A stretch of DNA of 64,000 bases from an uncultured Candidatus Saccharibacteria bacterium. GTDB lineage: Bacteria; Patescibacteriota; Saccharimonadia; CAILAD01; JADZBC01. The stretch lies in contig CAZRJR010000001.1 of the NCBI GenBank assembly GCA_964600985.1, positions 335,431 to 399,430 on the forward strand. Reading direction: 5' to 3'. Position 1 is the stretch's first letter. The number at the start of each line of letters is the position of its first letter. Shown here in pieces: positions 27,536-38,429 of this stretch. The notes under the pieces are model-generated. The model did no database searches. It saw only the letters and a list, made by a program, of their open reading frames with translations, and was not told where the DNA came from. The position numbers and the translations under genes are program-made.

Positions 27536-27868
27536 CTAGTGAAGGAGGTCTTCGGGACTAATCTCCACTGCAGTGTCCGCGTCCATACGATAAAACACTA
27601 CCTTGTGCGTTCGTTCATTAGGGTCGTATTGCACATGAGAGCTCGTGGCAATGCCAGTTTTGTTATAAGTAGTCCGCTTATCCACTATGGTCGGCGAACT
27701 AATCCGTTCTATACGGTATTCTTGGCCCTGACGTGTAAAATCGATTTGATCAACGAGCGCCATAAGCTCTCGCTCGCCCTCAATTGGCTGTTCAAATTTA
27801 CGAGATCGAGTGATGCCAAAATTAACGTCTATGCGATCGACCAGGTCTTCCCAGGCCCGATCACTCAT
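27536..27868 (-). CDS. hypothetical protein
   Basis: 110-aa ORF coupled to the upstream gene by a 4-bp overlap. Confidence 0.7.
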   Translation of the reverse strand: MSDRAWEDLVDRIDVNFGITRSRKFEQPIEGERELMALVDQIDFTRQGQEYRIERISSPTIVDKRTTYNKTGIATSSHVQYDPNERTHKVVFYRMDADTAVEISPEDLLH

Positions 27869-29397
27869 AGGCTAGTTGCCAGCTTAATGATCTGATCTTG
27901 TGACAATCCACTATCACTACCCTCTACCTTATACCAAGTACCGTTATTGACCCAGCTAGCTTGATTACCATCATAAAGATATATGGTTAGCCCCTGAGCT
28001 TGGAGCGCCAAGTAGTTACTAGACTTGGGTGCCACATAATTCTCTGCTAAGGCCTGAGAGTCCCAGCTTGTTTTTGACTCACTTACCTGGAGTGACTTAC
28101 CGGTCTTAGTATTAGCAATATTGTAGCTGATGTTGCCCGCACTTGACTGGATATTACCACTCAATTTCCAGCCATTTGGTACATAACCGGGGAAGTTGGC
28201 ACTAATGCCCGCCTTACTGCCAGCTACCTTCAGCGCTAGATTTGGGTAATTAACTTGCCAAATATAGCCGCCGATTAGGAGTAGTCCAACTAGACTAAGA
28301 GCCACACTGCTCGCACGTACCCCCTTAGAAGCTGGCTTGGCGGGGGCTGGTGTGGCACCAGTTGGCATGCCCGGCATAGCAGGTTGATTGACGCTATCAC
28401 TAGGGGCCGCAGCAGTCTGTTGCGACACTGGCGATGGCTGAGCGGAAAGCGCTGGTGGAGCAACCGCTTCTGGTGTAGGGGCAGGAGTGTTCAGTATAGA
28501 CTCGAGGGGCTGATCGGCAGACAAGGCCGGTGCTACTGGCTCAACTGGTGCCGATACAGTGGCTACAGGCGCGGCGGAAGGCGCTGGTGGCTGCTGTGTA
28601 GGCTTAGGTGTCGTAATCGAGGCAGCTACACTAGGAGCTACAGGCGTTGGAGCCGCGGGGCGCACATCGCTAACCGCCTTAGGTAATTTATTGGTAGCCG
28701 ATTGGGTTAAATCCAGCTTATAGCTGGACTCTGCCGGCATAGTCGATACCGTTTGTACCGTACTGGCTGGACCAATTGACTGAGTCGACATAGACTCTTT
28801 GATGTCTTGTGGTTCAGTTTGCTTAGCCGCAGGGGGTTGAACTGGAGTATCATGAGTATCTTGTGGAGTTAGCTCCGGTTTTACCTCTGGCTGTGCTCCA
28901 GCATCATTGTCACTGCTCGGCATAGGCTCCTTCGTGGCCTTAGCAAGTTCGTCGAGAGTCTCATCGCTCATAACTGATTCACCTGCCTTATCATCAAGCG
29001 ACCCAATCTCACTTGGTGTGGCAGCAAACTTACTAATACTGGCGCTCTGCTGGGTATTCATAGCGCTATTGAGCTGATCAGCCTTAAGGCGCGCTTGCAG
29101 AATTACATCGTTATTTTCGTTTGCCGTACTGCTCGTAATAGCATTTGAAGGCGGCATACGCTCGGCTGGCGCAACACTCGCCACGCTAGCCGCACTTGGG
29201 CTGGGTTGGATAGCTGGGGTATCGGCACTTGAATGCGCCACCGTACTCAGGCTCGGCGTGGCAGTTGCGGCAGGTGCTTGCGAGGTAGCCGACTGCGGAG
29301 TGCCGCAGTGCGCACAGAAGGTCTTACCAGCAATCGTAATAGAGTCTTGCTCGTTGCAGTTCGTGCAGGCAGTAGATGTATTTGCTCCGTCGCTCAT
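27865..29397 (-). CDS. membrane protein: N-terminal zinc ribbon, Pro/Ala-rich linker, TM, DUF4367-like C-terminal domain
   Basis: CTNC...CAHC; low-complexity linker; PGYVPNGW...W.NNGTWYK.E...LSQDQIIKLATSL. Confidence 0.75.
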   Translation of the reverse strand: MSDGANTSTACTNCNEQDSITIAGKTFCAHCGTPQSATSQAPAATATPSLSTVAHSSADTPAIQPSPSAASVASVAPAERMPPSNAITSSTANENNDVILQARLKADQLNSAMNTQQSASISKFAATPSEIGSLDDKAGESVMSDETLDELAKATKEPMPSSDNDAGAQPEVKPELTPQDTHDTPVQPPAAKQTEPQDIKESMSTQSIGPASTVQTVSTMPAESSYKLDLTQSATNKLPKAVSDVRPAAPTPVAPSVAASITTPKPTQQPPAPSAAPVATVSAPVEPVAPALSADQPLESILNTPAPTPEAVAPPALSAQPSPVSQQTAAAPSDSVNQPAMPGMPTGATPAPAKPASKGVRASSVALSLVGLLLIGGYIWQVNYPNLALKVAGSKAGISANFPGYVPNGWKLSGNIQSSAGNISYNIANTKTGKSLQVSESKTSWDSQALAENYVAPKSSNYLALQAQGLTIYLYDGNQASWVNNGTWYKVEGSDSGLSQDQIIKLATSL

Positions 29398-29452
29398 TAT
29401 GCTTATCCTAGAGTCATTCTAGCATGCCCAAAGCATGAGCGTAAAGTGATTT

Positions 29453-30340
29453 TTATGATGATTCTTTGGTATAAAGCTGCTTAGCCTGCTTTTGCACGGC
29501 CATTATAAATCGCGGCACAGCTAGCTGGCGCTTAATTCGACTTGGTTGCAGTATGAGTCGCCACAACCATTCCAATCCCAATCTGCGCATGGTGTACGGA
29601 GCACGCTTTTTACTGCCGCCCATTTCCTCATAATCAAAGGAACCGCCCTCGCCAATCATAACACTCGCCAACCCAGCATGAGCAAATGTATCCATAAATA
29701 CCTCCTGACGCGGAAAACCCATAGCAACGCACAGTATGTCGAGCCGAGCAGATTTAATACTATCGATAATCCGACTCAACTCATCATTATTTTGCCAGTG
29801 CGTATAATCAGACGATTGCGTGGCCTGTGTGTAGCCAGTCCATGTTCCCTGTAACTTAAGCTCAGGCCAGCGAGTGCCAAGTGCATGTTTTATACGAAGT
29901 GGATCATCCCCGCCTATTACACCCACACGCCAGCCCTTGACCTGCGCCATATCAAGCAATTGCTTGGTATAGGTAATGCCGGCAAATTTTTCGGGTAGAA
30001 TTTGGTCTCGCCAAGCTGGCTTTTGCAACCACACAATCAGACTGCGTAATAACTTTATTGTAGTCGGCTTCGAGTGTGGTTCGCCATACAAGTAACTTGC
30101 CGCCCACTGGAGCGAGACACCGTCCGGGACGGAAAGAGCTGATTTATTGAGCACAGCCTGCACGGCTGTATCGCGCAAGGCAGAGGTCATAAATTCTACA
30201 TAAGGCTTGGTAATCACTCGAGCTGATTTAGTAGGTTTCACCACATACTCGTTTATGAGATCGAGCGACTGCTTCATGGTAAATACGTCCACTCGTACGC
30301 CCAGAATATCGCAGTTAGTCCGCACTGGCTTATTTAGCAT
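29453..30340 (-). CDS. WecB/TagA/CpsF family glycosyltransferase
   Basis: PDGVSL.WA, VAMGFPRQE, GEGGSFD, RAP....LGLEWLWRL...PSR. Confidence 0.92.
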   Translation of the reverse strand: MLNKPVRTNCDILGVRVDVFTMKQSLDLINEYVVKPTKSARVITKPYVEFMTSALRDTAVQAVLNKSALSVPDGVSLQWAASYLYGEPHSKPTTIKLLRSLIVWLQKPAWRDQILPEKFAGITYTKQLLDMAQVKGWRVGVIGGDDPLRIKHALGTRWPELKLQGTWTGYTQATQSSDYTHWQNNDELSRIIDSIKSARLDILCVAMGFPRQEVFMDTFAHAGLASVMIGEGGSFDYEEMGGSKKRAPYTMRRLGLEWLWRLILQPSRIKRQLAVPRFIMAVQKQAKQLYTKESS

Positions 30341-31454
30341 CGTGCAAAGCCTCCTCTACGTAGCTATCAAGTTTAGCTATAAAGTTTGCATGACTAAACT
30401 TACGCGCAATTGCCTTAATCTTTGCCTTATCCCACTTTGTGTGCTCAAACGCAGGTAACGCGCTGCGCAAACTCTCGCTCGTGGGCTGACTAAAGAACAG
30501 TCCACTCACACCCTCTTGTACGGTCTCCTTGAGCCCACCAGCGGCCAATGCAAGCACTGGTGTTCCGAGCGACATGGCCTCGACCGGCGTCATGCCAAAG
30601 TCTTCTAGGCCCGGGAAGATAAAGCCTCGCGCCTGCACCATTAGTTCACTGCGCCGAGCATCGCTCACCCTACCCTCGAATGTAATATTGGGCGCACCCA
30701 TTGCTAGATTTTCCAAACGAGCCCGGTCCGGACCATCGCCGGCAATAATGAGTTTATACTTGGTTTGCTTAAAGGCCTCGATAGCAATGTCGATATTCTT
30801 ATACCGGCTTAATACCGAGAGCACAAGATAGTAGTCACCCATGTCCCCAATAGTAGACTCAGTGCTTAGCTGTCGAACCGGCGGATACAGCACGTCGGTC
30901 TCGACCCCATAGTACTTTTTCATCCTACTTGCGATGTAGGCACTATTGCCAACGATCTTATGAATCCGCTCGGTACTGTAAAAATCCCATAGTCGCAAGC
31001 GCGAAGCCATATGGGTAATTACAAAGCGACTCACTGGCCCAACCTTGAACGGCCCAAGTTTTTTACCCTCCAGGTACTTCGGCCAGCTATCCCACAGCAT
31101 GCGCGCCGGCGAATGGCAGTAACAAAAGTGCTTACTGCCTTCTGGCACTTTAATATTCTTTACCCAAGCTGATGAGTTGGTAATAATGAGGTCGTAACCT
31201 GTAAAGTCAAAGCTCTCTACCGCCCGACGCATAAACGGCAACATAAGTTCTGGACGGCTCTTAATAGGCCTTGGTATACGCTGCAGAAAGCTCGTATGAA
31301 CATTCCGTTTCTTTAAATATGGAGTATAGCGCCTCTTGTCGCAAACCAATGCAAAGAGCTCAGCCTGCGGGTAGTGTTCGGCCAACTCGAAGAAGACTTG
31401 CTCCGCACCCCCAACTCTAGACCCCAACCAGTCATGTACAATCGCTACTTTCAT
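30330..31454 (-). CDS. GT4 family glycosyltransferase
   Basis: VAIVHDWL...GGAEQV, EDFGMTPVEAM..GTPV. Confidence 0.92.
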   Translation of the reverse strand: MKVAIVHDWLGSRVGGAEQVFFELAEHYPQAELFALVCDKRRYTPYLKKRNVHTSFLQRIPRPIKSRPELMLPFMRRAVESFDFTGYDLIITNSSAWVKNIKVPEGSKHFCYCHSPARMLWDSWPKYLEGKKLGPFKVGPVSRFVITHMASRLRLWDFYSTERIHKIVGNSAYIASRMKKYYGVETDVLYPPVRQLSTESTIGDMGDYYLVLSVLSRYKNIDIAIEAFKQTKYKLIIAGDGPDRARLENLAMGAPNITFEGRVSDARRSELMVQARGFIFPGLEDFGMTPVEAMSLGTPVLALAAGGLKETVQEGVSGLFFSQPTSESLRSALPAFEHTKWDKAKIKAIARKFSHANFIAKLDSYVEEALHDAK

Positions 31455-32734
31455 ACTCGTTTATTCCTCATGAGGCCAAGCAAGCTAAATGTCATGATGC
31501 CAAGCGTACTATCTGCCCAAGCGTGCAAAAACAGGTTGGTTAGCGAAAGGCCCATAATGCTCGCTGCCAACGCCAAACTAAGTGGAGAATTTAATCGAAC
31601 TAATTCGACAACATTATTACCACAAAACACTATAAACAACGCCAAGCCGACTAATCCAAGTTCTAAACCAATCTGCAAATACCAACTTTCTGTTATAAAC
31701 GGTTGGCTAGCCCGAAAGCTCGCTGGGCCAGCTGTGCCCAAGCCGTGCCCCCATGGTTCGCGCGCGATCACAGCTATGGCCTTGCGCTGGGAGCTGGTTC
31801 GGCCCACATCCGAGCCCTCGACCTGACTCGTGTCATTATACCGACCGTGCAACAAGAAGTACTGAGCCTTCGTACCCTTAAGGTATTGCGGTAGCGAACT
31901 CGACAACAGTAAAAGACTCACAAGGCCCAACCCTACCAGAGTTGCCAAAATGATTTTAAGCATCTTATTTCCAAGTAAGAACACTGCGCACACCAGCGCT
32001 ACCATCATGCCAAGCCATGCACTGCGAGAAAACGACACTACAGACCCTGCTCCCGTCAATATAGCACCGAGTGCGTACTGCCAGCGCTTAGTGCGTACCG
32101 CTAGTACAAGCCCTAAAATGGTCGGCAGAATCAAGTAAGCACCTAATTGATTTGGGCCACCGAGGGTTGCAAAGGCACGAATGCTACGTACGGCGGGATC
32201 CACTAGTTGAATTGGCCGAATGGTGGTGTCGCTATAGCCCAAAATCCCCCACCAGCTCTGCGGAATGAAGTATTCTTGCAGGATGGCAACGGTGGCAACC
32301 ATATAGCTCGGCCAGAGTACTAATTTTGTCAGTAATTCATCGTTCACCTGCACCCCAGCAAGCTGAATGGCCAAGAACAATATAAATGGCAGTAGTACTA
32401 CCTTTATGCCGAATACAGCGGGCACGAACGCTACGCCAAGAGCGACGGTTATCACCAGCCCAAGTGCGACAAATGCCAATGCTAATACATTGCTGGTGTC
32501 GAGACGGAATAGCCGCTCTTTAGGCTGAGAACGTGCAAATATATAAACCGACAAACCAACGATTGCGATACTCAACAGCTCCTTCCAGCCCTGCCAAATA
32601 GCCTGGTGACCAATAAACTTGCCGAGCACTATAACCAAGAAGGCATGAAAGGGCATTACCGCCAGCAGCAATACTACAGCCCACCACACCATATGCCTCG
32701 GTACCGCTACAACCAATGTGCTACCCGACTTCAT
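31451..32734 (-). CDS. O-antigen ligase-like membrane protein
   Basis: Multi-TM; PNQLGAYL, SFSRSAWLG, GHGLG. ATG 32734 overlaps the mreB stop. Confidence 0.85.
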   Translation of the reverse strand: MKSGSTLVVAVPRHMVWWAVVLLLAVMPFHAFLVIVLGKFIGHQAIWQGWKELLSIAIVGLSVYIFARSQPKERLFRLDTSNVLALAFVALGLVITVALGVAFVPAVFGIKVVLLPFILFLAIQLAGVQVNDELLTKLVLWPSYMVATVAILQEYFIPQSWWGILGYSDTTIRPIQLVDPAVRSIRAFATLGGPNQLGAYLILPTILGLVLAVRTKRWQYALGAILTGAGSVVSFSRSAWLGMMVALVCAVFLLGNKMLKIILATLVGLGLVSLLLLSSSLPQYLKGTKAQYFLLHGRYNDTSQVEGSDVGRTSSQRKAIAVIAREPWGHGLGTAGPASFRASQPFITESWYLQIGLELGLVGLALFIVFCGNNVVELVRLNSPLSLALAASIMGLSLTNLFLHAWADSTLGIMTFSLLGLMRNKRV

Positions 32735-33738
32735 CGGTTGCTCATTACGCTCCGCATGTAGTCGTCGAGGTTTTCGAGCGCAATACCAGTTCCACGCACC
32801 ACACACAAAAGCGGTTCCTCGGCAATATAGCTTGGCACACCAGTAACTTTGGTCATAAGCTTATCAATGTTACGTAGGAGCGCTCCGCCGCCCGTCATAA
32901 CCATACCGCGGTCAATTATATCGCTAGAAAGTTCAGGGGGGGTCTGTTCGAGCACGGCTCGTACCGCCAATATAATTGCATCGAGCGGATCAGCAATCGC
33001 TTCGGTAATCTCGGTAGAATTAAGGGTAATAGTTTTGGGTAAGCCAGCCACCATATCACGGCCCCGAATCTGCATAGTCATTGGCTTATCGAGCGGCAAG
33101 GCGCTACCAATCTCCTTTTTGATCTCCTCAGCTGTTTGATCGCCCACAATCAAGCTGTACTTTTTGCGTATATAATCCGCAATAGCCTGGTCAATCTTGT
33201 CGCCCCCCATACGCACGCTGTTCTGGGCTACAATACCACCGAGCGAAATAATCGCTACCTCGGTGGTACCACCGCCAATGTCTACCACCAAGTTACCAGC
33301 TGGTGCGGCAATCGGCACACCAGCCCCAATCGCCGCAGCGACCGGCTCACGAATAATATACGTGCGCTTAGCACCAGCGGCCGACGCTGCGTCGATCACC
33401 GCTCGCCGCTCGGTTGAGGTTACACCGGCAGGCACACTAATCATGAGCTCGGGGCGACCCAGTCGAAAACTCCCGCTCACCTTGTCTATAAAGTGTCTTA
33501 ACATAGCCTGGGTGATTCTATAATCAGCTATCACGCCGTCACGCAGTGGCTTGGATGCCGTTATGATATCTGGGGTACGACCCAGCATTTCGCGCGCTTC
33601 GTTACCAATAGCCACGATACGGTTGTCGTCTACACTTACAGCCACCACCGACGGCTCGTTGGCCACAATGCCTTTTTTCGGAATGTACACCAAGGTGTTG
33701 GAGGTACCTAGATCAATTGCAATGCGTTTTTTAAGCAT
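32731..33738 (-). CDS. mreB: rod shape-determining protein
   Basis: IDLGTSNT, EPSVVA, DIGGGTTE, TGGGALL. Confidence 0.96.
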   Translation of the reverse strand: MLKKRIAIDLGTSNTLVYIPKKGIVANEPSVVAVSVDDNRIVAIGNEAREMLGRTPDIITASKPLRDGVIADYRITQAMLRHFIDKVSGSFRLGRPELMISVPAGVTSTERRAVIDAASAAGAKRTYIIREPVAAAIGAGVPIAAPAGNLVVDIGGGTTEVAIISLGGIVAQNSVRMGGDKIDQAIADYIRKKYSLIVGDQTAEEIKKEIGSALPLDKPMTMQIRGRDMVAGLPKTITLNSTEITEAIADPLDAIILAVRAVLEQTPPELSSDIIDRGMVMTGGGALLRNIDKLMTKVTGVPSYIAEEPLLCVVRGTGIALENLDDYMRSVMSNR

Positions 33739-33774
33739 ATGTCTATTTTAGCAAGCGCTTGAGCGACTGGCCAG

Positions 33775-35028
33775 CTAATCTACCCGGTGCATTTTAGCAC
33801 CAAGCGAAACCAAGCGCTTGTCGAAGAATTCGTAGCCGCGATCAATGTGCTCCACCCGATCAATCGTAGTTGTGCCTTCGGCTATCAAGGCGGCAATTAA
33901 TATAGTTGCGCCAGCCCGGATGTCGAAGCTAATTAGGTCTGTGCCATGCAAGCGCGTGGGCCCTTCTATTTGCCCTACGTGTGGGTCACGAATGCTCGTT
34001 TCGGCACCCATGCGCTGCAGCTCGAACAAGTAATTCAGTCGGCCTTCATACATAATTTCGCATATTTCTGATTTGCCTTTTGCCTGGGTCATGAGTACAG
34101 CAAAAGGCGCCTGCAAGTCACTCGGCAAACCAGGGTATGGCTGGGTTTGAATCCGTACGGCACGCAGACCCTCGACTGGACCCACCTCGATTGTGCGGTC
34201 GTCTAACATAGTAAAGTTCACACCCATTTCTTCGAATTTAAGCAGGAGCATGTCATGGTCTTCGCGCACAAATTCGTCGATAATTACATGGCCCCTACTT
34301 GCTGCTGCCGCAATAGCGAGCGTACCAGCTTCGAGTTGGTCGGGTATAATGGTGCCTTCTCCGGGGTGTAGCCGTTCTACGCCCTCGACTGTAAGTATAT
34401 AGCTATACATGCCACTAATTTTTGCCCCTAGGTTATTTAAGAACATGCATAGCTCTACCACGTGAGGCTCGCAAGCCGCCAACCTAATAGTGGTGGTACC
34501 ACTCCCCAGTACGGCTGCCAGTAGAGCGTTCTCGGTAGGAGTTACCCCAAGCTCGGCATTTATAGTTTTGCCGGCTTGCAAACGCCCGCTCAGCGCCACG
34601 CCCTCTTCATTGGCCTCCACCTTATAGCCCAGCATTCCAAATATTTTATGATGCACGCCAAGTGAGCGAGCACCGATAATGTCTCCGCCTGGTTGGGCAA
34701 TTGCTACTCGCTCCAACCGACCAATTGCACCACCGAGCACCAGTACCGAAGCGCGCATACGGCGAGCGTCCTGCAAATAACCATCGTATTCATGCAAGTT
34801 AGTCGCGTCTATAGTAAGTGTGGTGCCGTCGCGTTCCACACTTGCGCCCAGGTCACGGAACATATCGGTCATAACGTCCACATCAGATATATGTGGTACA
34901 TTGTGCAGGGTGGTTTTACCCTCAACCAGCAAGCATGCCGCCATCATCGGCAAGGCGTGATTCTTACTGCCAGCTACCTTAATTCGACCGTGTAGTGGTG
35001 TGGGACCTTCTACAATAAGTTTTGACAT
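33775..35028 (-). CDS. murA: UDP-N-acetylglucosamine 1-carboxyvinyltransferase
   Basis: GSKN, RASVL, PGGDIIGAR, PYPG.PSDLQ, DIRAGA, IDRGYE. RBS AAAGGAG before ATG 35028. Confidence 0.93.
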   Translation of the reverse strand: MSKLIVEGPTPLHGRIKVAGSKNHALPMMAACLLVEGKTTLHNVPHISDVDVMTDMFRDLGASVERDGTTLTIDATNLHEYDGYLQDARRMRASVLVLGGAIGRLERVAIAQPGGDIIGARSLGVHHKIFGMLGYKVEANEEGVALSGRLQAGKTINAELGVTPTENALLAAVLGSGTTTIRLAACEPHVVELCMFLNNLGAKISGMYSYILTVEGVERLHPGEGTIIPDQLEAGTLAIAAAASRGHVIIDEFVREDHDMLLLKFEEMGVNFTMLDDRTIEVGPVEGLRAVRIQTQPYPGLPSDLQAPFAVLMTQAKGKSEICEIMYEGRLNYLFELQRMGAETSIRDPHVGQIEGPTRLHGTDLISFDIRAGATILIAALIAEGTTTIDRVEHIDRGYEFFDKRLVSLGAKMHRVD

Positions 35029-35101
35029 GCTCGCTCCTTTATACAATGACGACAGAACTCAATTCTACCATATGTAGAGTCAAGATAACCAAGCTATAAG
35101 C

Positions 35102-35725
35102 TCAGTCATCATGCATAATAACTAGCCCGATGTCCTGTGCAAGAGACGGTGCAAGCTCGAGCAGCTGATCGTATGTTGTTAGCGCACCTTTTAAGCTCGT
35201 GGCGCCAATAATCCCAGCTAACTTAGAGCCACGCAGATCCAGACTCTTGATTTGAGCGTTTGAGAAGTTTACTCTTTCTAGTTCGCAACCGACCATTTCA
35301 ACCCCATCAAATAAAACATTAGTAAAGTCCGCATTTTGCATTAGGCAATTTTCAAAACGCACCCTTTTTAAACGTGCACCACTAAAGTTTGCCATATCGA
35401 GTTTGCAATCCATATAAGACACCTGCTTCTGTTTTGACTCGTACAGTTTAATTCCGCTAGCGCGGGTGCTTGTAATTGCACTATGCTCTATATAAGACCT
35501 ATGGCAATCGAGTCCAGCAGTCTCGCATCTAATGACCTCGCATTTCTTCAAAGTCAACTCTGGTAGCTCTAGCCCACTTAAGTTCGCGCCCTTCAGGTCA
35601 CACCTCTTAAAATACACATTACGGGCGACTGAATCTATTTTTACGCTCTCAATTATAAGGTTCGTATACTCTTCGCCAGACTCTACATGCAGGTCCACAC
35701 TGGTATTATCGGAGATCTTGTCCAT
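35102..35725 (-). CDS. pentapeptide repeat protein (Qnr/MfpA-like fold)
   Basis: Tandem A(N/D)(F/L)xx repeats: ANFSG ARLKR VRFEN CLMQN ADFTN. Confidence 0.85.
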   Translation of the reverse strand: MDKISDNTSVDLHVESGEEYTNLIIESVKIDSVARNVYFKRCDLKGANLSGLELPELTLKKCEVIRCETAGLDCHRSYIEHSAITSTRASGIKLYESKQKQVSYMDCKLDMANFSGARLKRVRFENCLMQNADFTNVLFDGVEMVGCELERVNFSNAQIKSLDLRGSKLAGIIGATSLKGALTTYDQLLELAPSLAQDIGLVIMHDD

Positions 35726-35806
35726 AAATGGATTATAGCAGTCAATGCTGTTGTTATGGTTCTTAACAAAGTGCCTATATAAGACTATAATCTAGGCAAT
35801 ACACTC

Positions 35807-37183
35807 ATGATTTCCAAGCAAACCCAAAAAGCTATAAGCTATATATTTGCCATCCTGGCCGTGGTGCTTGGAAGTATCTTTTTAGTAGCAATAGCCCAGG
35901 GTTATCGTTATGATTTCCTCACCGGCCAGATCAAAGAATCGGGCCTAGTGCTGATCGACTCAAAGCCGGGCAATGCCGACATATACATAAACGGTAAGCA
36001 TAGCAAAAAGGCCACACCACAGCGCATTACCAATGCACCCGTAGGGCCCATGAACGTGGAGCTGTTGCGTCCCGAATTCCGGGTATGGAAGAAGTCGTTT
36101 GTGGTGCGGGCCCAACAAGTCAGCTTTGCCGACTATGCCATACTTTTGCCGCAACAGCTTCACTACACCTCGTACTTACCTGATTATAAAATCTCAGAAC
36201 TTGTGCAGACTTCGAGCCAAAATAAATCATTCATCGTAACTACCAAGCCAGAGGCAGCAGTTTGGCAGCTCGAAGCCAACCAAAGTCCCGCCAAACTCTA
36301 TGCTCCCCCACCCAATAGCGGTGACACTGACCTTTCTGGACTCAGCGTAAATAGTGACGGCTCACGCCTGCTCGTCAATCAACGCACCGGTAGCACGGTG
36401 TCAAAGCTAGTAATTACCGGTCAAGATGCTGCGCTTAACCTCAGCGCCAATTTACAAATTACCACCGGCAGCTTAAGCTTTAACCCTAGCAATAATAATG
36501 AACTCTACTGGCTAGGCGCCGACAGCACTCTGCGTAAGATCAATATCGACAACCAAACGATAGGCTCAGTTCTGGCTCAAAATGTAGTAGCATTGCAGCC
36601 CGAAGGCAACCAGATTTTCGTAGTGCTAGGGCCAGATGCTAACTCCACAGTTAACACCCTGTGGCGAATTGACTCAGGTTCGGGCAAAAAGACCAAGCTC
36701 AACGTAGCCATTCCACAAAGCCCAAGTTACCAGCTTAAACTTGCAAAGCCTCGAAGTGGCAATTACCTAGCACTACTAAGTCAGGCTACCAAGGAGCTCA
36801 TAATTATCAAGGAATACGACCAAACCAAGCCAATCAATGGCCTGTTGTCTAAATCCGCCACCACATTCACCATTAGCAAGAATGGTGAGCGAATCGTGTA
36901 CGCCACAGGTGATAAGCTCAAGACTTACGACATTCAGCAAGCTGAGCGCTTTGACTTTGGGGTAACCATCGCCGGGCTGCAAGGTTGGTCGTGGTACGAC
37001 GATGAGCACCTGGTTCTTGTGGCTAATAACCAACTACGCTTCATAGACTACGACGGCCAAAACGATCAAGTAATCAGCGATCGTGGCGACAGCGTGAGTG
37101 CTAGCGCCCTACACGCAAATGACAAGGACGTGATTTACATTTCTACTGGTGGACTTAAGACCGTGCGTTTAACTCAAAACTAG
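35807..37183 (+). CDS. PEGA-domain membrane-anchored protein with probable beta-propeller
   Basis: TM, A.GYR, IDSKP.NADIYING...TP PEGA pattern; C-terminal D.DG.N. Confidence 0.75.
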   Translation: MISKQTQKAISYIFAILAVVLGSIFLVAIAQGYRYDFLTGQIKESGLVLIDSKPGNADIYINGKHSKKATPQRITNAPVGPMNVELLRPEFRVWKKSFVVRAQQVSFADYAILLPQQLHYTSYLPDYKISELVQTSSQNKSFIVTTKPEAAVWQLEANQSPAKLYAPPPNSGDTDLSGLSVNSDGSRLLVNQRTGSTVSKLVITGQDAALNLSANLQITTGSLSFNPSNNNELYWLGADSTLRKINIDNQTIGSVLAQNVVALQPEGNQIFVVLGPDANSTVNTLWRIDSGSGKKTKLNVAIPQSPSYQLKLAKPRSGNYLALLSQATKELIIIKEYDQTKPINGLLSKSATTFTISKNGERIVYATGDKLKTYDIQQAERFDFGVTIAGLQGWSWYDDEHLVLVANNQLRFIDYDGQNDQVISDRGDSVSASALHANDKDVIYISTGGLKTVRLTQN

Positions 37184-37208
37184 ATTGTTCCCCGGAGAAT
37201 TCAGCCCC

Positions 37209-38363
37209 CTAGCTAACCTCTGGCAAGCGAGGCTGAGTATCTGCTGGTGTGGGATTCTTAGGCACAGTAGTGCTTGGCTTGGTCTTGAAGTAACTAGCTA
37301 TATTCGAAAAGATTTTACCAATTTGCTGGCCAATAGTTGGTGCACTGCCAGGGAGTGGCTTTGGCTTGGCAGTAGTTGACTTAACCGGCTGAGCATCAGG
37401 GCGCTGCGCACTTGCGACCTGTCCAGTAGACTGCTTTACGTTCGGGGCTGGCTGAATCTGCTTAGCAACCACGATTAAACGCTGCCACGAGGTACCTGGA
37501 GGCGTGCAAGTAATCAGCGTAAGAGTTGGGTCGGGAGTTGGATTGAGGACTGACACCTCAGTGGGTGCTACCACCTTCTTTTCACCCACTTGGTACACGT
37601 ACTTACGCGATGAATAATTAACTTGAATCTGATCGCCGACCTCGAGCTTACCCAAAAGCGCGAACACAAACTTATAATTACCCGGCTCCCACCAGTCGTT
37701 GGATGAATGACCGAATATCACAACGTTGCCGTTTTCGCCGGGGTTCGCGGTATTTACGTAGTGCACCACACCGTCTTGCAGATTCTTCATAACCACATCG
37801 TCAGCGGCTGTATCGGCGTAAATAACTGGTGCGCTCACGTTAATTTTAGGTATGATTACCAAATTATCAGGTGGCACTATGGCCGTCGAAGCAGTTGTAG
37901 CATTAGGGTCCTGTAGTACCAAATTATCGGCTGGCTTGGTTGGATGCAAGAAAAAACCAATTTGCTGCGCAATCAGCTGGAAGTTGAATATTATTAAAAA
38001 CAATGTAAAACCAGCCAAGGCATAGGCAACTGGTCTTAATTTGCGCCGCATATCTTGAGGCTCTTTGGGTAGATTTTGCTGCGTGTGCGCGGTGGGGTGA
38101 TCAGCCGACAGGACCTTTGGTTGTGGTTCCACGGGGACCTGATGCGGTGAAGCTAGTATGGGCGAGGTTGGCTGATCGGCTGGTGGACTTACCGGAACAG
38201 TGGACGCCACGGCTATAGGTTCTTGCACTTCTGCATTAGTATCTAAATTTTGTGCAGCGCCAATTACCGCCGCAGGACGCGGCGGTTCGGGGCTAGGAAT
38301 CTGTCCGCCCGTCAGATCCTCAAATGATAGTGTGTGTTCTGGTTTAGCGTCTGTCATAGACAA
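37209..38363 (-). CDS. sortase
   Basis: IPKINV.API-like, GNVVIFGHSS, LTLITCTP...R catalytic motifs. Start may be ATG 38357. Confidence 0.9.
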   Translation of the reverse strand: MSMTDAKPEHTLSFEDLTGGQIPSPEPPRPAAVIGAAQNLDTNAEVQEPIAVASTVPVSPPADQPTSPILASPHQVPVEPQPKVLSADHPTAHTQQNLPKEPQDMRRKLRPVAYALAGFTLFLIIFNFQLIAQQIGFFLHPTKPADNLVLQDPNATTASTAIVPPDNLVIIPKINVSAPVIYADTAADDVVMKNLQDGVVHYVNTANPGENGNVVIFGHSSNDWWEPGNYKFVFALLGKLEVGDQIQVNYSSRKYVYQVGEKKVVAPTEVSVLNPTPDPTLTLITCTPPGTSWQRLIVVAKQIQPAPNVKQSTGQVASAQRPDAQPVKSTTAKPKPLPGSAPTIGQQIGKIFSNIASYFKTKPSTTVPKNPTPADTQPRLPEVS

Positions 38364-38429
38364 GATTTATACCCATACATTATAATACAGAGGCTCTCCA
38401 TTAGGCTAATATGCCTTAAAAGCGAGCGA

